A stretch of DNA of 64,000 bases from Eledone cirrhosa (GCA_964016885.1 OZ024741.1:413912001-413976000); one strand, 5' to 3'; positions 26,530 to 41,411 are shown, counted from the stretch's first letter. The notes: a model not told the origin generated them from the letters alone. Program-made: numbers and translations.

Positions 26530-26833
26530 ATTTCTGCTTGCATTTTGCATATATACATATATATATCTATATATATGCTTGCGTGGACTCCTCTCAAAAA
26601 TTCGTTGGATTTTCTAATTGGATACCCTAACACTGGATACCAACACTGAATACACCTGAACTTCTACCAGGAAATCTTTCGTTGTCATTTCTGCTTGCAT
26701 TTTACATATATAGATATATATATCAATGGTTGCGTGGACCCCTCTTAAAGATTCGTTGGATTTTCTAATTGGATACCCCGAAACTGGATACCAATTACTG
26801 AATACACCTGAACTTCTACCAGGAAATCTTTCA
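26530..26833. repeat. Imperfect tandem duplication, ~155-bp unit
   Basis: ATTTCTGCTTGCATTTT...CCAGGAAATCTTTC occurs twice. Confidence 0.8.
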
Positions 26834-27695
26834 TATCAGTGAAAATTTTCTTTTCTTTGCTTCATATATATATATTATATATACTTGTCCGCCATTGCAA
26901 AAGGCCATAAATTCAAAATTTTGAAGAGAGAGGAAAAGAGAGAAGTGATCTATGAACTTGTAACATCTCACTGATCCCCCCGTCACCACAATAACAATAA
27001 CGCCTACACTCGCTCCCCACCATCACCACATTACTCTAAGGTCGCTGTCCTGTCCCCTGTTGACATACTGCTGACTCTCTTTTGATGTATGTATGTGTAT
27101 ATACATATGTGTATGTGTGTGTATATGTATATCTCAGTGGATGCGACCAGATTTCAACACAGCAACAACAGCAGCAACACCAACAACAACAACAACAGCA
27201 ACAACACCATCGTCTGTGTTGAATGTGTGTGTATGTATTTGTATATATGCGACAGCAATAACAGCATCAACACCATTGTCTGCAGCAACAGCAGCAGTGA
27301 AATGAAGGACAACAACTACAGCACCAACAACTGCCACCACCATCACTGACCATCCACCACCACCACGCTGATACCATACACCACCACCACACTGACACCA
27401 TCCACCACCGCCATTACCAGCGTAAACAAACAATTATTATTGTTATTGTTATTATATACAAGCCGAACTGGACTGGGAAAGGTCAACAGTTGACATGATA
27501 GTGATTTTGACGATTTTGACTTTGATTTTGATTTTGTATCAGTACTGTCGGTAATATATGTATATATATATATATGTTTGTGAGTTGTGTGTGTGATTGT
27601 ATGCATGAATGAGTGTTGGTATGTGTGGTTGTGGTTTGTATGCATGAGTATTAGTGTGTGAGTCGTGTCAATAGGTTTTTTTTTTTTTTTTTTTT

Positions 27696-30600
27696 AAATG
27701 ACCATGCTGTAAAATGGAGGGGTAGAGAGGGCCCTTGAGTCTAGTAAGACATCCTCTCTAGTGCTGGTGGCACAAATAAAAGCACCCAGTCCATGCTGTA
27801 AAGTGGCGCTGGTGTTAGGAAGGGCATCCAACCAGTGTATCAATGCCAAAAAGCTTATCAGCACAGCAACAAAACAGCATAGAAAAATATGAAGACGTCG
27901 CATCTCAGAGTTGCAACACTTAATGTTGGCACTCTCAGAGGTAGATCTGCTGAAAGCGGAGATGCTGGAGAGAAGGCAGGTGGATGTGTGCTGCGTGCAA
28001 GAGGTGAGATGGAGAGGTGCCTCTGCGAGACTAGTCGTAGGCAAGCGTCTTAGCTATAAGCTATTCTGGGTAGGTAAGGATGATGGGTTAGGGGGAGTAG
28101 GCATTTTCCTGGCTGAGAAATGGATCAATAAGACAATAGAGGTTGTTCGAGTTAGTAATCGAATAATTAAGCTTAGATTAGTTGTAGGTAGGAGACTACT
28201 GACAATCATCTCGGTCTATGCTCCCCAAGCAGGCCTAGGCAAAGATGAGAAAGACTGCTTTTATGAGCAACTTTTGCAAACAACCACAATGACAGAGGAC
28301 GGAGACATCGTTATGCTAGCAGGAGACTTCAATGGTCATGTTGGACAGCTCCAGGATGGTTACACTGGGGTACATGGTGGGCACGGTTACGGTTCAAGAA
28401 ATGAAGAAGGAGTGATACTTCTTGAATTTTGTGATGCAAGTACATTGACTATTTGCAACACAAACTTCCAGAAACCTGCCAATCACCTAATAACCTACAA
28501 ATCTGGTGAGCACATAAGCCAGATTGACTTCCTGCTAGTTAGGCAGCGGGACAGGCAGATAGTGTCTAATACCAAGGCATACCCTGGGGAAGAATGTACC
28601 CCACAGCATAGGTTAGTTGTTAGTGATATCTCAGTAAGCAAGAGATGGAATGAGACATATAGGAAGGTGTGGAGAAGAAAGGTCTGGAAGCTAAAAGACC
28701 TTTCACTAAAATTCAAATTTAGGAAAGCCCTTCAAGATGTATATGACGAAAAAGAAGACGATTTAGAGACGTATGACATAGATAATAACTGGAAGTTCTT
28801 ACGTGACAACTTGCTGAAGGCTACTGATGAAACCTGTGGCTGGAGCAGAGCTCCAACCAGACAGAGAGTGACCTGGTGGTGGAACAGCAGTGTAGATAAG
28901 GCTATTAGAGACAAAAGACTAGCATGGAAGGCTTGGAATAAGGGTGGGAGTAGGGAAGAATATACAGCCACTAAGAGAGAAGCTAGACGTCAGGTGTACT
29001 TAGCACGCAGGGAGGCAGAGAGTAGGAGGTTTGCCAATGTTCTGCGACGGGAAGATCAGAGGCGTGCGGTGTTCCACATTGCAAGGCAGTGTGTCAATGC
29101 AAATCAGGATGTTGTTGGTGATAAATGTGTCCGGGATGATGCCGGTGTACTTAGTGTCACGAATGACCAGAAAAAGGAGGCCTGGAAATGTCATTATGAG
29201 AGACTGATGAATGTGGAGAACGAATGGGAGAGAGAGAAATTACCCTTGGTAGATCCGACAGAGGGACCAGCTATTGAGATTGACGAATATAGGGTCCAAG
29301 AGGCGATTAGGGAAATGAAAAATGGTAAGGCGGCCGGACCATCGGGAATAGTTGCTGAGATGCTGAAGGCATCAGGGGACGTAGGCACTAAACTGGTTGC
29401 ACGCATAATCAATCAGGCTATATATGGTGGTGTCATACCCAAAGACTGGTGCAGCAGTATTCTCATAAATTGCTACAAAGGTAAAGGGGATGCTTTGGAG
29501 AGGAGCAATTATAGGGGTATAAAACTGATAGATCAGGTTATGAAAGTGGCAGAAAGGATTTTAGCACAACTAATTAGAGAAAGGGTCAAACTAGATGAGA
29601 TGCAGTTTGGTTTTGTGCCTGGGAAGAGTACAACAGATGCCCTCTTCTTGGTGAGACAAATGCAAGAGAGGTTCTTAGAGAAGAATAAGCCACTATACTT
29701 AGCCTTTGTTGACCTAGAGAAGTCCTTTGATAGGGTACCCCGATCTGTCATCTGGTGGTCCCTAAGGAAGCTGGGTGTTGAGGAATGGCTTCTAAGGACT
29801 GCAAACTTTGTACAGAGGTACTCTCAGTAAAGTCAGGGTAGGAATGGAGTTTAGTGAGGAATTCCAGATACAAGTAGGAGTACATCAGGGTTCGGTCCTC
29901 AGCCCGCTCTTGTTCATTATAGTCCTCCAAGCCATAACAGAGGAGTTTAAGACTGGCTGTCCATGGGAACTTCTCTATGCTGACGATCTGGCTCTTATGG
30001 CAGAATCAGTAGAGGAGCTAGAGAATAAATTCCGGCTATGGAAACAGCAGTTGGAAGCAAGAGGACTGAGAGTAAATCTAGCTAAGACAAAAGTGTTGAT
30101 GAGTAGAAAAGAGGACAAAACCCTGATTCCGTCAGGGAAATGGCCATGTTCGATATGCAGAAAAGGAACTGGCATAAATTCTATAAAATGCACACAATGT
30201 AGGTCCTGGGTACACAAGAGATGTAGCGGGATAGCAGGCAAACTAACAGGTAGGGAGAAATATGTATGCAGTAGATGTACAGGGAAATTAGACAGTAGAA
30301 GTCGCACTGATAGACACATTTTTCAAATGCGAGAGGGCGCTATAGAAGTGGTGGATAGCTTCCGGTACCTAGGAGATCAGATTAGCATGGGAGGAGGGTG
30401 TTCCGAGGCCATAGTATCTAGAATAAGGACGGGTTGGAAGAAGTTTAGGGAGCTGCTTCCTCTGTTGACGAAGAAGGGTTTCTCCCTGCGTACGAAAGGC
30501 CGGTTGTATGATGCCTGTGTGAGGAGCGCGATGCTGCATGGTAGTGAGACATGGGCAGCTACCGCAGAAGATATGCGACGGCTGGAGAGAAATGAGGCAA

Positions 30601-30982
30601 GCATGCTCCGTTGGATGTGCAGTGTAAATGTGCGTGAACGACCCAGCATAAATGTGTTGAGAGAGAAACTGTGTCTGAGAGGGATAGAATGTAGTGTACG
30701 GGAGAGGAGACTGAGGTGGTATGGACATGTGATGCGCATGGAGGATGACCGATGGGTGAAGAAGTGCCAGGAAATGCCAGTTGAAGGAAGACGTGGTAGA
30801 GGTAGACCACGAAAAACATGGGCGGAGGTGGTGAGAACAGACCTCAGATCATTGAAGCTCACGGTGGAGATGACGAGGGACCGTGACGAGTTGAGAGATG
30901 CTGTGCTGAATAAGACCCGTCCCACCCTTGCAAGCAGGGAAAAGCGGACGTAAAATGATGATCATGATGATGATGATGATGA
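27696..30982 (+). pseudogene. RTE family 2 (PHD-containing), full length with two small frameshifting deletions
   Basis: Near-identical reverse complement of 37170-40462; 2-bp deletions near 27956 and 29800 split the ORF (27911-29830, 29808-30953). Confidence 0.93.
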
Positions 30983-31008
30983 TATATATGCATATATATA
31001 TATGTATA

Positions 31009-31046
<38 letters not shown>

Positions 31047-31054
31047 TATATGTA

Positions 31055-31094
<40 letters not shown>

Positions 31095-31182
31095 CATATA
31101 TATATATGTACACATATATATAGATATATATATATATATGTACATATATACATATACACACATATATATGTATATATATATG

Positions 31183-31287
<105 letters not shown>

Positions 31288-31288
31288 G

Positions 31289-32057
31289 TAAACAAGGTTT
31301 AGCAAATAATGAAAAAGTTTCAAAATAAATTTTAAAAAATTGACTTTACCTACTATAGTTACCTTTACCGATCGGTTTCGAATCTCAAAAATAAAACGGA
31401 GACCATACGGCCTTCGTTGCAAAGAAAGATTCTCGTCAGAAGGTTCTTTTCATTCAAAGAATATAAAATTCCTGAATTTAAATCACAAACTAGCGCTATC
31501 AAAACTGTTCCTGGGATGAGAGTGGATGATGTAGAAACAGGTTTATCAAGGGCCGAAGCAAAGATAGAGGCAAAAGGAGGTAGGTCAAACTAGCCACAGC
31601 TATTGCTAGCAGCAGTCAGAACGACCAAATTTGTTCTCAACATTAGTGGAGGTAGTAGTAATAGGATATACGTTCCTTCACGCATAAGGCGCCAAGGTAC
31701 GCATGTATTGTCCAACCAAATGCCAGTGTGGTTCAATGGCGGGTTAATAAATTAACGAGCCAGAACAAATATAAACAAGGTTTAGCATATAATGAAAAAG
31801 TTTCAAAATAAATTTTAAAAAATTGACTTTACCTACTATAGTTACCTTTACCGATCGGTTTCGAATCCCAAAAATAAAACGGAGACCATACGGCCTTCGT
31901 TGCAAAGAAAGATTCTCGTCAGAAGGTACTTTTCATTAAAAGAATATAAAATTCCTGAATTTAAATCACAAACTAGCGCTATCAAAACTGTTCCTGGGAT
32001 GAGAGTGGATGATGTAGAAACAGGTTTATCAAGGGCCGAAGCAAAGATAGAGGCAAA
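31289..32057 (-). mobile_element. Duplicate of family A tandem HHR element (HHRs 31361-31444 and 31844-31927)
   Basis: Near-identical to 7897-8665. Confidence 0.82.
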
Positions 32058-32410
32058 TGTATATAGATGGTAGCCACGGAGTAGGCAGACCCAGAAAAAC
32101 CTGGGACGAGCTGATAAATTCCGACCTCACACACTTACACCTCTCCAAGACAATGTCACTGGACCGAGACCTTTGGCGGTACTCAGTAATAGAGAAGACC
32201 CGCCTTACCTAAATACAAAGTAAAACCTAATACAGTCAGCAGGCATCTCTAACATGGATGCCCTTCCTAACACCAACCACATTTACAGTATATATATATA
32301 TGTATATTTCGTTTTTAAATTTGTTTTACAAGATTTCTCATCTGAAAACATGTTGAAACAGATATAGTTATACTTTGGTAGGGTCATGCTGCCAATAGAA
32401 ACACACACCT

Positions 32411-32779
32411 GTTGGTTTTCACTTCAATCTATTATAAATTTCCGGTTGGTTGGTTCGATAACTTGTTGTTTGTTGTTTATATATTGTCAAAGTTCTTTCT
32501 TCACACATTCATTGACCTCCTCAGTGACAAGGTTTTTGTTTTGTGTCCCTCCTTTGTTCTGTCCTACACCAATGTGTGTGTTGTGTGTAGTGTGTTCTAA
32601 AAAGTAAAACAAGATGGTGTAGGACAGAACAAAGGAGGGACACAAAATAAAAACCTTGTTACTGAGGAGGTCAATGAATGTGTGATGAAAGAACTTTGAC
32701 AATATATAAACAACAAACAACCATTTAGTTATCGAACCCACCAACCGGAAATTTATAATAAATTGAAGTGGAAACCAAT
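32411..32779. mobile_element. Duplicate of family B fold-back
   Basis: Near-identical to 9019-9387. Confidence 0.75.
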
Positions 32780-34124
32780 AGGTGTGTGTATATATATATA
32801 TATATACGTATATATATATATACATATATATACGTATGTATATATACATATATGTATATATATACATATGTATATATATAACAGAGTAAAGAGAGAAATA
32901 CACACACACACATATATATGTGTGTGTGTGTGTGTGTTATAAGGGAATATTGTTAGTTTTTAATTCAACATTTTAATTTGATATATTGAGTTCCTGTTCT
33001 TTAAGTAGAGCTGTATTATTTTGACTGATTCTGGGCTGCTATTTTTAGTAGTTTCCTATTCTGGCCACCATTTACGTATGTGTCTTACGTATGTGTCTTT
33101 CCTCTCTTATCACACATGCGCTTTTAGTCTTCTAATTATTATTTAGAGATGAGCAATTCCTCATCTCTTCACTTGAACAGTTCTATCTTGAACTTGTATC
33201 GATGTTAATAGTTATTGTAATTGGTTTGTATACTTTGATTTATTCATTTAATTAATTTGTATAAACCATTCTATCCATATTCTTCACCCTGATCGTTTTA
33301 TATCCCTTATTATTTCAACACACACACACACATATATATGTATATATATATTTACATACAAATATATATATGTATATATGCATATATATATCTAATGTCT
33401 GTCTTAAGCCAGAAGGCACATTTGATCAGTGTTTATCTCAGTTTCATGGCATGGAGCGACTAAGAATACAAGACTTCCCCCTGGACAGGACACCAGTCCA
33501 TCGCAGGGTTAAACCCCCAGCTATTACTGGTACTCATTTTCAGCAGAGTATACTGGAGCAACGTGAAATGAAGTGTTGTACTCAAGAACACAACACACAA
33601 CCCAGGAATCGAACCCACGACATTATGATCGTAAGTCCAACACCCTTACCACTAGGCCACGGGCCTCAACATATATACATACTTATATATGTATATATAT
33701 ATATACACATATTTATATATATAAAATTGAATCATCATCATTTTAAGTCCGCTTTTCTCTGCTTGCAAGGGTGGGACGGGAACTGATTCTGGCTTGATTT
33801 CTACAGCTGGATGCCCTTCCTAACACCAACCTCATTTACAGTGAGTGCTGGGTGCTTTTTTTTCTGTGGCGCCTACACGTCCACTTTGCAGTGGAATTAT
33901 ATAGACCCCAGTCCTATCATCTCATTTCTACAGCTGAGTAAACTGGAGCAATGTGAAATAAAGTGTCTTGCTCAAGGAAACAACACATCGCCCGGTCTGA
34001 GAATTGAACTCACAACCTTTCGATTGCAAGGCCAATGCTCTAACCACTAAGCCATGTTCCTCCATTATCAAGTTAATCCAAACATATATGTATATTTATG
34101 TGTATATATATGTATAAATATATA

Positions 34125-34533
34125 TGGTGGCTGCCAACTCGTTTTCGAGTACGGCCACTACTTTATATCCATGTAGGAGAACCCCTACCGATGCGCTGAA
34201 CGAGTGTGACTTTTTAGTCCAGCTAGCGACTTGAAAACTCTGGTACAAACACTACACTTGTGAGACAATTGTTGACATATAGTGCTGGGCTCTTGGTACC
34301 ATGTGACGACAAGTGCAGAGAGATCTCCAGATACAAAGCAATGCCTGTGCCGTGAAGCTTTTATAGTGAGCAAAGGCACTGCACAAAGCCAGTCCCACTC
34401 TCTGAACCAAGATGATATTTACCAAAAAGAAGAACAAGTCAACATCATTGGATACCATCAGGGTTGCAGGTGTTATATCAGAGTTTTCCTTCTCCTAGAA
34501 TTCTGCCTTGACAAAGGCTAAGGGGTCATCTCT
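34125..34533 (-). mobile_element. RTE-like 3' fragment ending in a C2H2 zinc finger (family 5)
   Basis: [24 protein letters not shown]; absent from the paralogous site (~10755); homologous to 59958-60365. Confidence 0.7.
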
Positions 34534-34815
34534 TATGTATGTATATATATAAATATATATATATACATACATACACACATATATATAAACATATACATAC
34601 ACATATATAAATGTATACATATATACACATATACATATATATACATATATATACACATTTACATACATATATATATATACACATATACATACATATATAT
34701 ACACATATACACACATATATATACACATATACACACATATATATATATATACACATATACATACATATACATATATATATACATACATATACATATATAC
34801 ATACATATACATATA

Positions 34816-34847
<32 letters not shown>

Positions 34848-36668
34848 CACACACATACATAATACTATGATGAAAATTGAATGTTTTTTAAAGTTTGTTG
34901 TATTAAAACAGTTTTTCACACAACAGTAAATTATAAGCTACATTTTGACATAACTTTCATCCTGAGATATCTCGAGATCCTAAATAGAAGGCCAATTTCA
35001 TTCAGGGATTCCCAAGATCTCATATGGAAGACTGATTTCATCTAGGGTTTGGCCAAAATATTGAACAGAAGGCTGATTTCATTCAGGGATTCCCAATATT
35101 TGGATGGCTGGAGAGAAACTTGTCTTCTATACTAATGAATATATGTACCCATGTATTTGCAAAGAAGCATGCTCTGATACTAACAATTCATTATAAAAAT
35201 AACATATATATTTATTTATGTAAAGGCATAGAAATGTTGGGGAAAACTGTTTAAAAACTGATTATTTGAAAAGAAGAAACACTTTTTTAACCGTAACTAT
35301 GTTAACTACATTTATTTATTTAATTCTATTTATTTATTTCAATTTTATTATGACTAACCTTTTGAAATTTAAATAACTCTAGTCTGGAAAAAAATAATTC
35401 AATGTTTCAATTTAGACATAAAAAAAAAATGTTTAAATAAATAATTAAAAAAATCAATACTACAAAACAAATCTGTTTTTGTTGAAATTTATTTTGTTTT
35501 TTGTATATTTTGTTAAGCAATGTGTTAGGATATTTCTAATGAAACACGCTGTCTCTGATTTTCTCTTCAAATAACAGCTGTGGAGTTAAATAGTTTTACC
35601 CGCAAGCATGAGGTCCTCAGTTTCATCCTACTGTGGAGCATTTTTGGTGTATTTACTATAGTTTCGAGTTAATCCAAACCTTGTGAGTGAAATTTAGTAG
35701 ATGGATGCTGTATAGAAGTCTGTTATATGGATAGAGTACCTTCAATCCATAGGTTCAGCAAAATACTTTCATTTATGTTACTTCTGTCCACTCAACTGTA
35801 AAAATAGGAGCTGAAGTAAAAGCTGTATTGAACTCGTGTCTAGTTCTGAAAAGAATCGCATCTTGTCATTTATTTGCTTGTGACACTGAATATGTATCAT
35901 ATGTCAACATGAAGATCAATATAGCCTACAGAGAAATATATATTGACATAAAAATCAATGATTGCTTGTATTGTGCGAGGAGTTTAACCCTGTAAATGGT
36001 GTCCTGTCGGGAGTCTTCTACCCTCAGTCGCCCTCTATCACAGGCTGTCCCATGCCAGCTCCTCTGCATCCTCCAAGGTGAGATCAAGCCTCCTGAGATC
36101 TTCCCTGATGACATCCAGCCATCTGGTGTGGGGCCAGTCACAAGGCCTCTTCCAACCTGCAGTTGCTGCGTTGAACAAGAGACGCTGGTTCCTAGTAGGA
36201 TGATCTGGTGGCAGGTAGAAAACATGTCTGTACCAGTGCATGCAGCAGATAGCTATGTGGCAAGAAACTGTGGGCTGATCCATGGGCACATGCAACACTT
36301 TGTTGCAAACGTGGTGGTACCATCTGGTGGTATTGGAAACATGGTGGTGCCATCTGCATTTGATAATAAACCAGTAAAATCTAATGAAAAACAATCATTT
36401 GGAAATTTATTTTTATTTTCAAATAAAAAAATATTTGAGAAAAAAAATGTTTTACAAGTCGTTCCAAAATCTTAGCATTAAAATTAAAATTTCACAGAAA
36501 AATAAAAATAATAATAATAATGTTTCTACTTTTGGCACAAGGCCAGCAATTACCCCTACAGCATTACTGGTACTTTATTTTATCGACCCCGTTATCAGCA
36601 GCAGTTAAGATTTTGACAACTCCATTGAAAAGAGTTAAAATGTAAAAAATATTTTCACAATTTTCATA

Positions 36669-36727
<59 letters not shown>

Positions 36728-37166
36728 CCCCAAAATGATTATCTAAAAATCTTCCATCATAATTTTATATAAGAAATTTTCTTAATACCAGATAAACGAG
36801 AAAATTAGTTATATTACTAATTTAGAAATATAACAAATATAATTTAGTAATATATTACTAAGTTATAAAACTAGTTTAGTAATATAACTAGTTTAGTAAT
36901 ACATTACTAAACTAGTTATACAACTGGTTTAGTAATATATTACTAAATTAGTTATACAACTGGTTTAGTAATATATTACTAAATTAGTTATACAACTAGT
37001 TTAGTAATATATTACTAAATTAGTAATATATTACTAAATTAGTAATATTACTAAATTAGTTGTATTACTAAATACCTCCAAATTCTTGCTTATTTTTGTA
37101 ATATACTCAAAATCATGTAAAAAGATGGTAACAAAAGGATAAAAGACCATATATTTATATACATAT

Positions 37167-37200
<34 letters not shown>

Positions 37201-37201
37201 T

Positions 37202-40200
37202 TTACGTCCGCTTTTCCCTGCTTGCAAGGGTGGGACGGGTCTTATTCAGCACAGCATCTCTCCACTCGTCACGGTCCCTCGTCATCTCCACCGTGAGCTT
37301 CAATGATCTGAGGTCTGTTCTCACCACCTCCGCCCATGTTTTTCGTGGTCTACCTCTACCACGTCTTCCTTCAACTGGCATTTCCTGGCACTTCTTCACC
37401 CATCGGTCATCCTCCATGCGCATCACATGTCCATACCACCTCAGTCTCCTCTCCCGTACACTACATTCTATCCCTCTCAGACACAGTTTCTCTCTCAACA
37501 CATTTATGCTGGGTCGTTCACGCACATTTACACTGCACATCCAACGGAGCATGCTTGCCTCATTTCTCTCCAGCCGTCGCATATCTTCTGCGGTAGCTGC
37601 CCATGTCTCACTACCATGCAGCATCGCGCTCCTCACACAGGCATCATACAACCGGCCTTTCGTACGCAGGGAGAAACCCTTCTTCGTCAACAGAGGAAGC
37701 AGCTCCCTAAACTTCTTCCAACCCGTCCTTATTCTAGATACTATGGCCTCGGAACACCCTCCTCCCATGCTAATCTGATCTCCTAGGTACCGGAAGCTAT
37801 CCACCACTTCTATAGCGCCCTCTCGCATTTGAAAAATGTGTCTATCAGTGCGACTTCTACTGTCTAATTTCCCTGTACATCTACTGCATACATATTTCTC
37901 CCTACCTGTTAGTTTGCCTGCTATCCCGCTACATCTCTTGTGTACCCAGGACCTACATTGTGTGCATTTTATAGAATTTATGCCAGTTCCTTTTCTGCAT
38001 ATCGAACATGGCCATTTCCCTGACGGAATCAGGGTTTTGTCCTCTTTTCTACTCATCAACACTTTTGTCTTAGCTAGATTTACTCTCAGTCCTCTTGCTT
38101 CCAACTGCTGTTTCCATAGCCGGAATTTATTCTCTAGCTCCTCTACTGATTCTGCCATAAGAGCCAGATCGTCAGCATAGAGAAGTTCCCATGGACAGCC
38201 AGTCTTAAACTCCTCTGTTATGGCTTGGAGGACTATAATGAACAAGAGCGGGCTGAGGACCGAACCCTGATGTACTCCTACTTGTATCTGGAATTCCTCA
38301 CTAAACTCCATTCCTACCCTGACTTTACTGAGAGTACCTCTGTACAAAGTTTGCACTGTCCTTACAAGCCATTCCTCAACACCCAGCTTCCTTAGGGACC
38401 ACCAGATGACAGATCGGGGTACCCTATCAAAGGCCTTCTCTAGGTCAACAAAGGCTAAGTATAGTGGCTTATTCTTCTCTAAGAACCTCTCTTGCATTTG
38501 TCTCACCAAGAAGAGGGCATCTGTTGTACTCTTCCCAGGCACAAAACCAAACTGCATCTCATCTAGTTTGACCCTTTCTCTAATTAGTTGTGCTAGAATC
38601 CTTTCTGCCACTTTCATAACCTGATCTATCAGTTTTATACCCCTATAATTGCTCCTCTCCAAAGCATCCCCTTTACCTTTGTAGCAATTTATGAGAATAC
38701 TGCTGCACCAGTCTTTGGGTATGACACCACCATATATAGCCTGATTGATTATGCGTGCAACCAGTTTAGTGCCTACGTCCCCTGATGCCTTCAGCATCTC
38801 AGCAACTATTCCCGATGGTCCGGCCGCCTTACCATTTTTCATTTCCCTAATCGCCTCTTGGACCCTATATTCGTCAATCTCAATAGCTGGTCCCTCTGTC
38901 GGATCTACCAAGGGTAATTTCTCTCTCTCCCATTCGTTCTCCACATTCATCAGTCTCTCATAATGACATTTCCAGGCCTCCTTTTTCTGGTCATTCGTGA
39001 CACTAAGTACACCGGCATCATCCCGGACACATTTATCACCAACAACATCCTGATTTGCATTGACACACTGCCTTGCAATGTGGAACACCGCACGCCTCTG
39101 ATCTTCCCGTCGCAGAACATTGGCAAACCTCCTACTCTCTGCCTCCCTGCGTGCTAAGTACACCTGACATCTAGCTTCTCTCTTAGTGGCTGTATATTCT
39201 TCCCTACTCCCACCCTTATTCCAAGCCTTCCATGCTAGTCTTTTGTCTCTAATAGCCTTATCTACACTGCTGTTCCACCACCAGGTCACTCTCTGTCTGG
39301 TTGGAGCTCTGCTCCAGCCACAGGTTTCATCAGTAGCCTTCAGCAAGTTGTCACGTAAGAACTTCCAGTTATTATCTATGTCATACGTCTCTAAATCGTC
39401 TTCTTTTTCGTCATATACATCTTGAAGGGCTTTCCTAAATTTGAATTTTAGTGAAAGGTCTTTTAGCTTCCAGACCTTTCTTCTCCACACCTTCCTATAT
39501 GTCTCATTCCATCTCTTGCTTACTGAGATATCACTAACAACTAACCTATGCTGTGGGGTACATTCTTCCCCAGGGTATGCCTTGGTATTAGACACTATCT
39601 GCCTGTCCCGCTGCCTAACTAGCAGGAAGTCAATCTGGCTTATGTGCTCACCAGATTTGTAGGTTATTAGGTGATTGGCAGGTTTCTGGAAGTTTGTGTT
39701 GCAAATAGTCAATGTACTTGCATCACAAAATTCAAGAAGTCTCACTCCTTCTTCATTTCTTGAACCGTAACCGTGCCCACCATGTACCCCAGTGTAACCA
39801 TCCTGGAGCTGTCCAACATGACCATTGAAGTCTCCTGCTAGCATAACGATGTCTCCGTCCTCTGTCATTGTGGTTGTTTGCAAAAGTTGCTCATAAAAGC
39901 AGTCTTTCTCATCTTTGCCTAGGCCTGCTTGGGGAGCATAGACCGAGATGATTGTCAGTAGTCTCCTACCTACAACTAATCTAAGCTTAATTATTCGATT
40001 ACTAACTCGAACTACCTCTATTGTCTTATTGATCCATTTCTCAGCCAGGAAAATGCCTACTCCCCCTAACCCATCATCCTTACCTACCCAGAATAGCTTA
40101 TAGCTAAGACGCTTGCCTACGACTAGTCTCGCAGAGGCACCCCTCCATCTCACCTCTTGCACGCAGCACACATCCACCTGCCTTCTCTCCAGCATCTCCG

Positions 40201-40270
40201 CTATTTCAGCAGACCTACCTCTGAGAGTGCCAACATTAAGTGTTGCAACTCTGAGATGCGACGTCTTCAT
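37202..40270 (-). CDS. RTE-clade LINE ORF (APE + RT with PHD finger), family 2, intact
   Basis: 1022 aa; [49 protein letters not shown]; (GAT)n tail at 37170-37200; 5' UTR to ~40462. Confidence 0.96.
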   Translation of the reverse strand: MKTSHLRVATLNVGTLRGRSAEIAEMLERRQVDVCCVQEVRWRGASARLVVGKRLSYKLFWVGKDDGLGGVGIFLAEKWINKTIEVVRVSNRIIKLRLVVGRRLLTIISVYAPQAGLGKDEKDCFYEQLLQTTTMTEDGDIVMLAGDFNGHVGQLQDGYTGVHGGHGYGSRNEEGVRLLEFCDASTLTICNTNFQKPANHLITYKSGEHISQIDFLLVRQRDRQIVSNTKAYPGEECTPQHRLVVSDISVSKRWNETYRKVWRRKVWKLKDLSLKFKFRKALQDVYDEKEDDLETYDIDNNWKFLRDNLLKATDETCGWSRAPTRQRVTWWWNSSVDKAIRDKRLAWKAWNKGGSREEYTATKREARCQVYLARREAESRRFANVLRREDQRRAVFHIARQCVNANQDVVGDKCVRDDAGVLSVTNDQKKEAWKCHYERLMNVENEWEREKLPLVDPTEGPAIEIDEYRVQEAIREMKNGKAAGPSGIVAEMLKASGDVGTKLVARIINQAIYGGVIPKDWCSSILINCYKGKGDALERSNYRGIKLIDQVMKVAERILAQLIRERVKLDEMQFGFVPGKSTTDALFLVRQMQERFLEKNKPLYLAFVDLEKAFDRVPRSVIWWSLRKLGVEEWLVRTVQTLYRGTLSKVRVGMEFSEEFQIQVGVHQGSVLSPLLFIIVLQAITEEFKTGCPWELLYADDLALMAESVEELENKFRLWKQQLEARGLRVNLAKTKVLMSRKEDKTLIPSGKWPCSICRKGTGINSIKCTQCRSWVHKRCSGIAGKLTGREKYVCSRCTGKLDSRSRTDRHIFQMREGAIEVVDSFRYLGDQISMGGGCSEAIVSRIRTGWKKFRELLPLLTKKGFSLRTKGRLYDACVRSAMLHGSETWAATAEDMRRLERNEASMLRWMCSVNVRERPSINVLREKLCLRGIECSVRERRLRWYGHVMRMEDDRWVKKCQEMPVEGRRGRGRPRKTWAEVVRTDLRSLKLTVEMTRDRDEWRDAVLNKTRPTLASREKRT

Positions 40271-41411
40271 ATTTTTCTATGCTGTTTTGTTGCTGTGCTG
40301 ATAAGCTTTTTGGCATTGATACACTGGTTGGATGCCCTTCCTAACACCAGCGCCACTTTACAGCATGGACTGGGTGCTTTTATTTGTGCCACCAGCACTA
40401 GAGAGGATGTCTTACTAGACTCAAGGGCCCTCTCTACCCCTCCATTTTACAGCATGGTCATTAAAAAAAAAAAAAAAAAAAAAAAGGAAACTTAGTGACA
40501 CGACTCACACACTAATACTCATGCATACAAACCACAACCACACATACCAACACTCATTCATGCATACAATCACGCACACCACTCACAAACATATATATAT
40601 ATACATATATTACCGACAGTACTGATACAAAATCAAAATCAAAGTCAAAATCAAAATCAAAATCAAAATCGTCAAAATCACTATCATGTCAACTGTTGAC
40701 CTTTCCCAGTCCAGTTCGGCTTGTATATAATAATATAATATATACATATATATTCATACATATATATACATACATACATATATATATACATACATATATA
40801 TACACATACATACATATATATACACATACATACATATATATACATACATATACATACATACATATATATACATGCATATATAGACATATCATCATCATCA
40901 TCATTTCATTTTACGTCCGCTTTTCCCTGCTTGCAAGTGTGGGACTGGAACTGATTCTGGCTTGATTTCTACAGCTGGATGCCCTTCCTAACACCAACCT
41001 CATTTACAGTGAGTGCTGGGTGCTTTTTTTTTGCCGTAGCACCTCCACGACCACTTTGCAGTGGAATGATATGAACCCCAGTCCCTATCATCTCATTTCT
41101 ACAGCTGAGTAAACTGGATCAATGTGAAATAAAGTGTCTTGCTCAAGGAAACAACACATCACCCGGTCTGAGAGTTGAACTTACAACCTTTCGATTGCAA
41201 GGCCAATGCTCTAACCACTGAGCCATATACATACATATATATACACATACATATATATACATATATATACATACATACATATACATACATACATATATAT
41301 ATATACATACATATATATATACATACACATATATATACATACATATATATATATATACATACATACATATACATACATATATATATATATACATACATAT
41401 ATATACAGACA

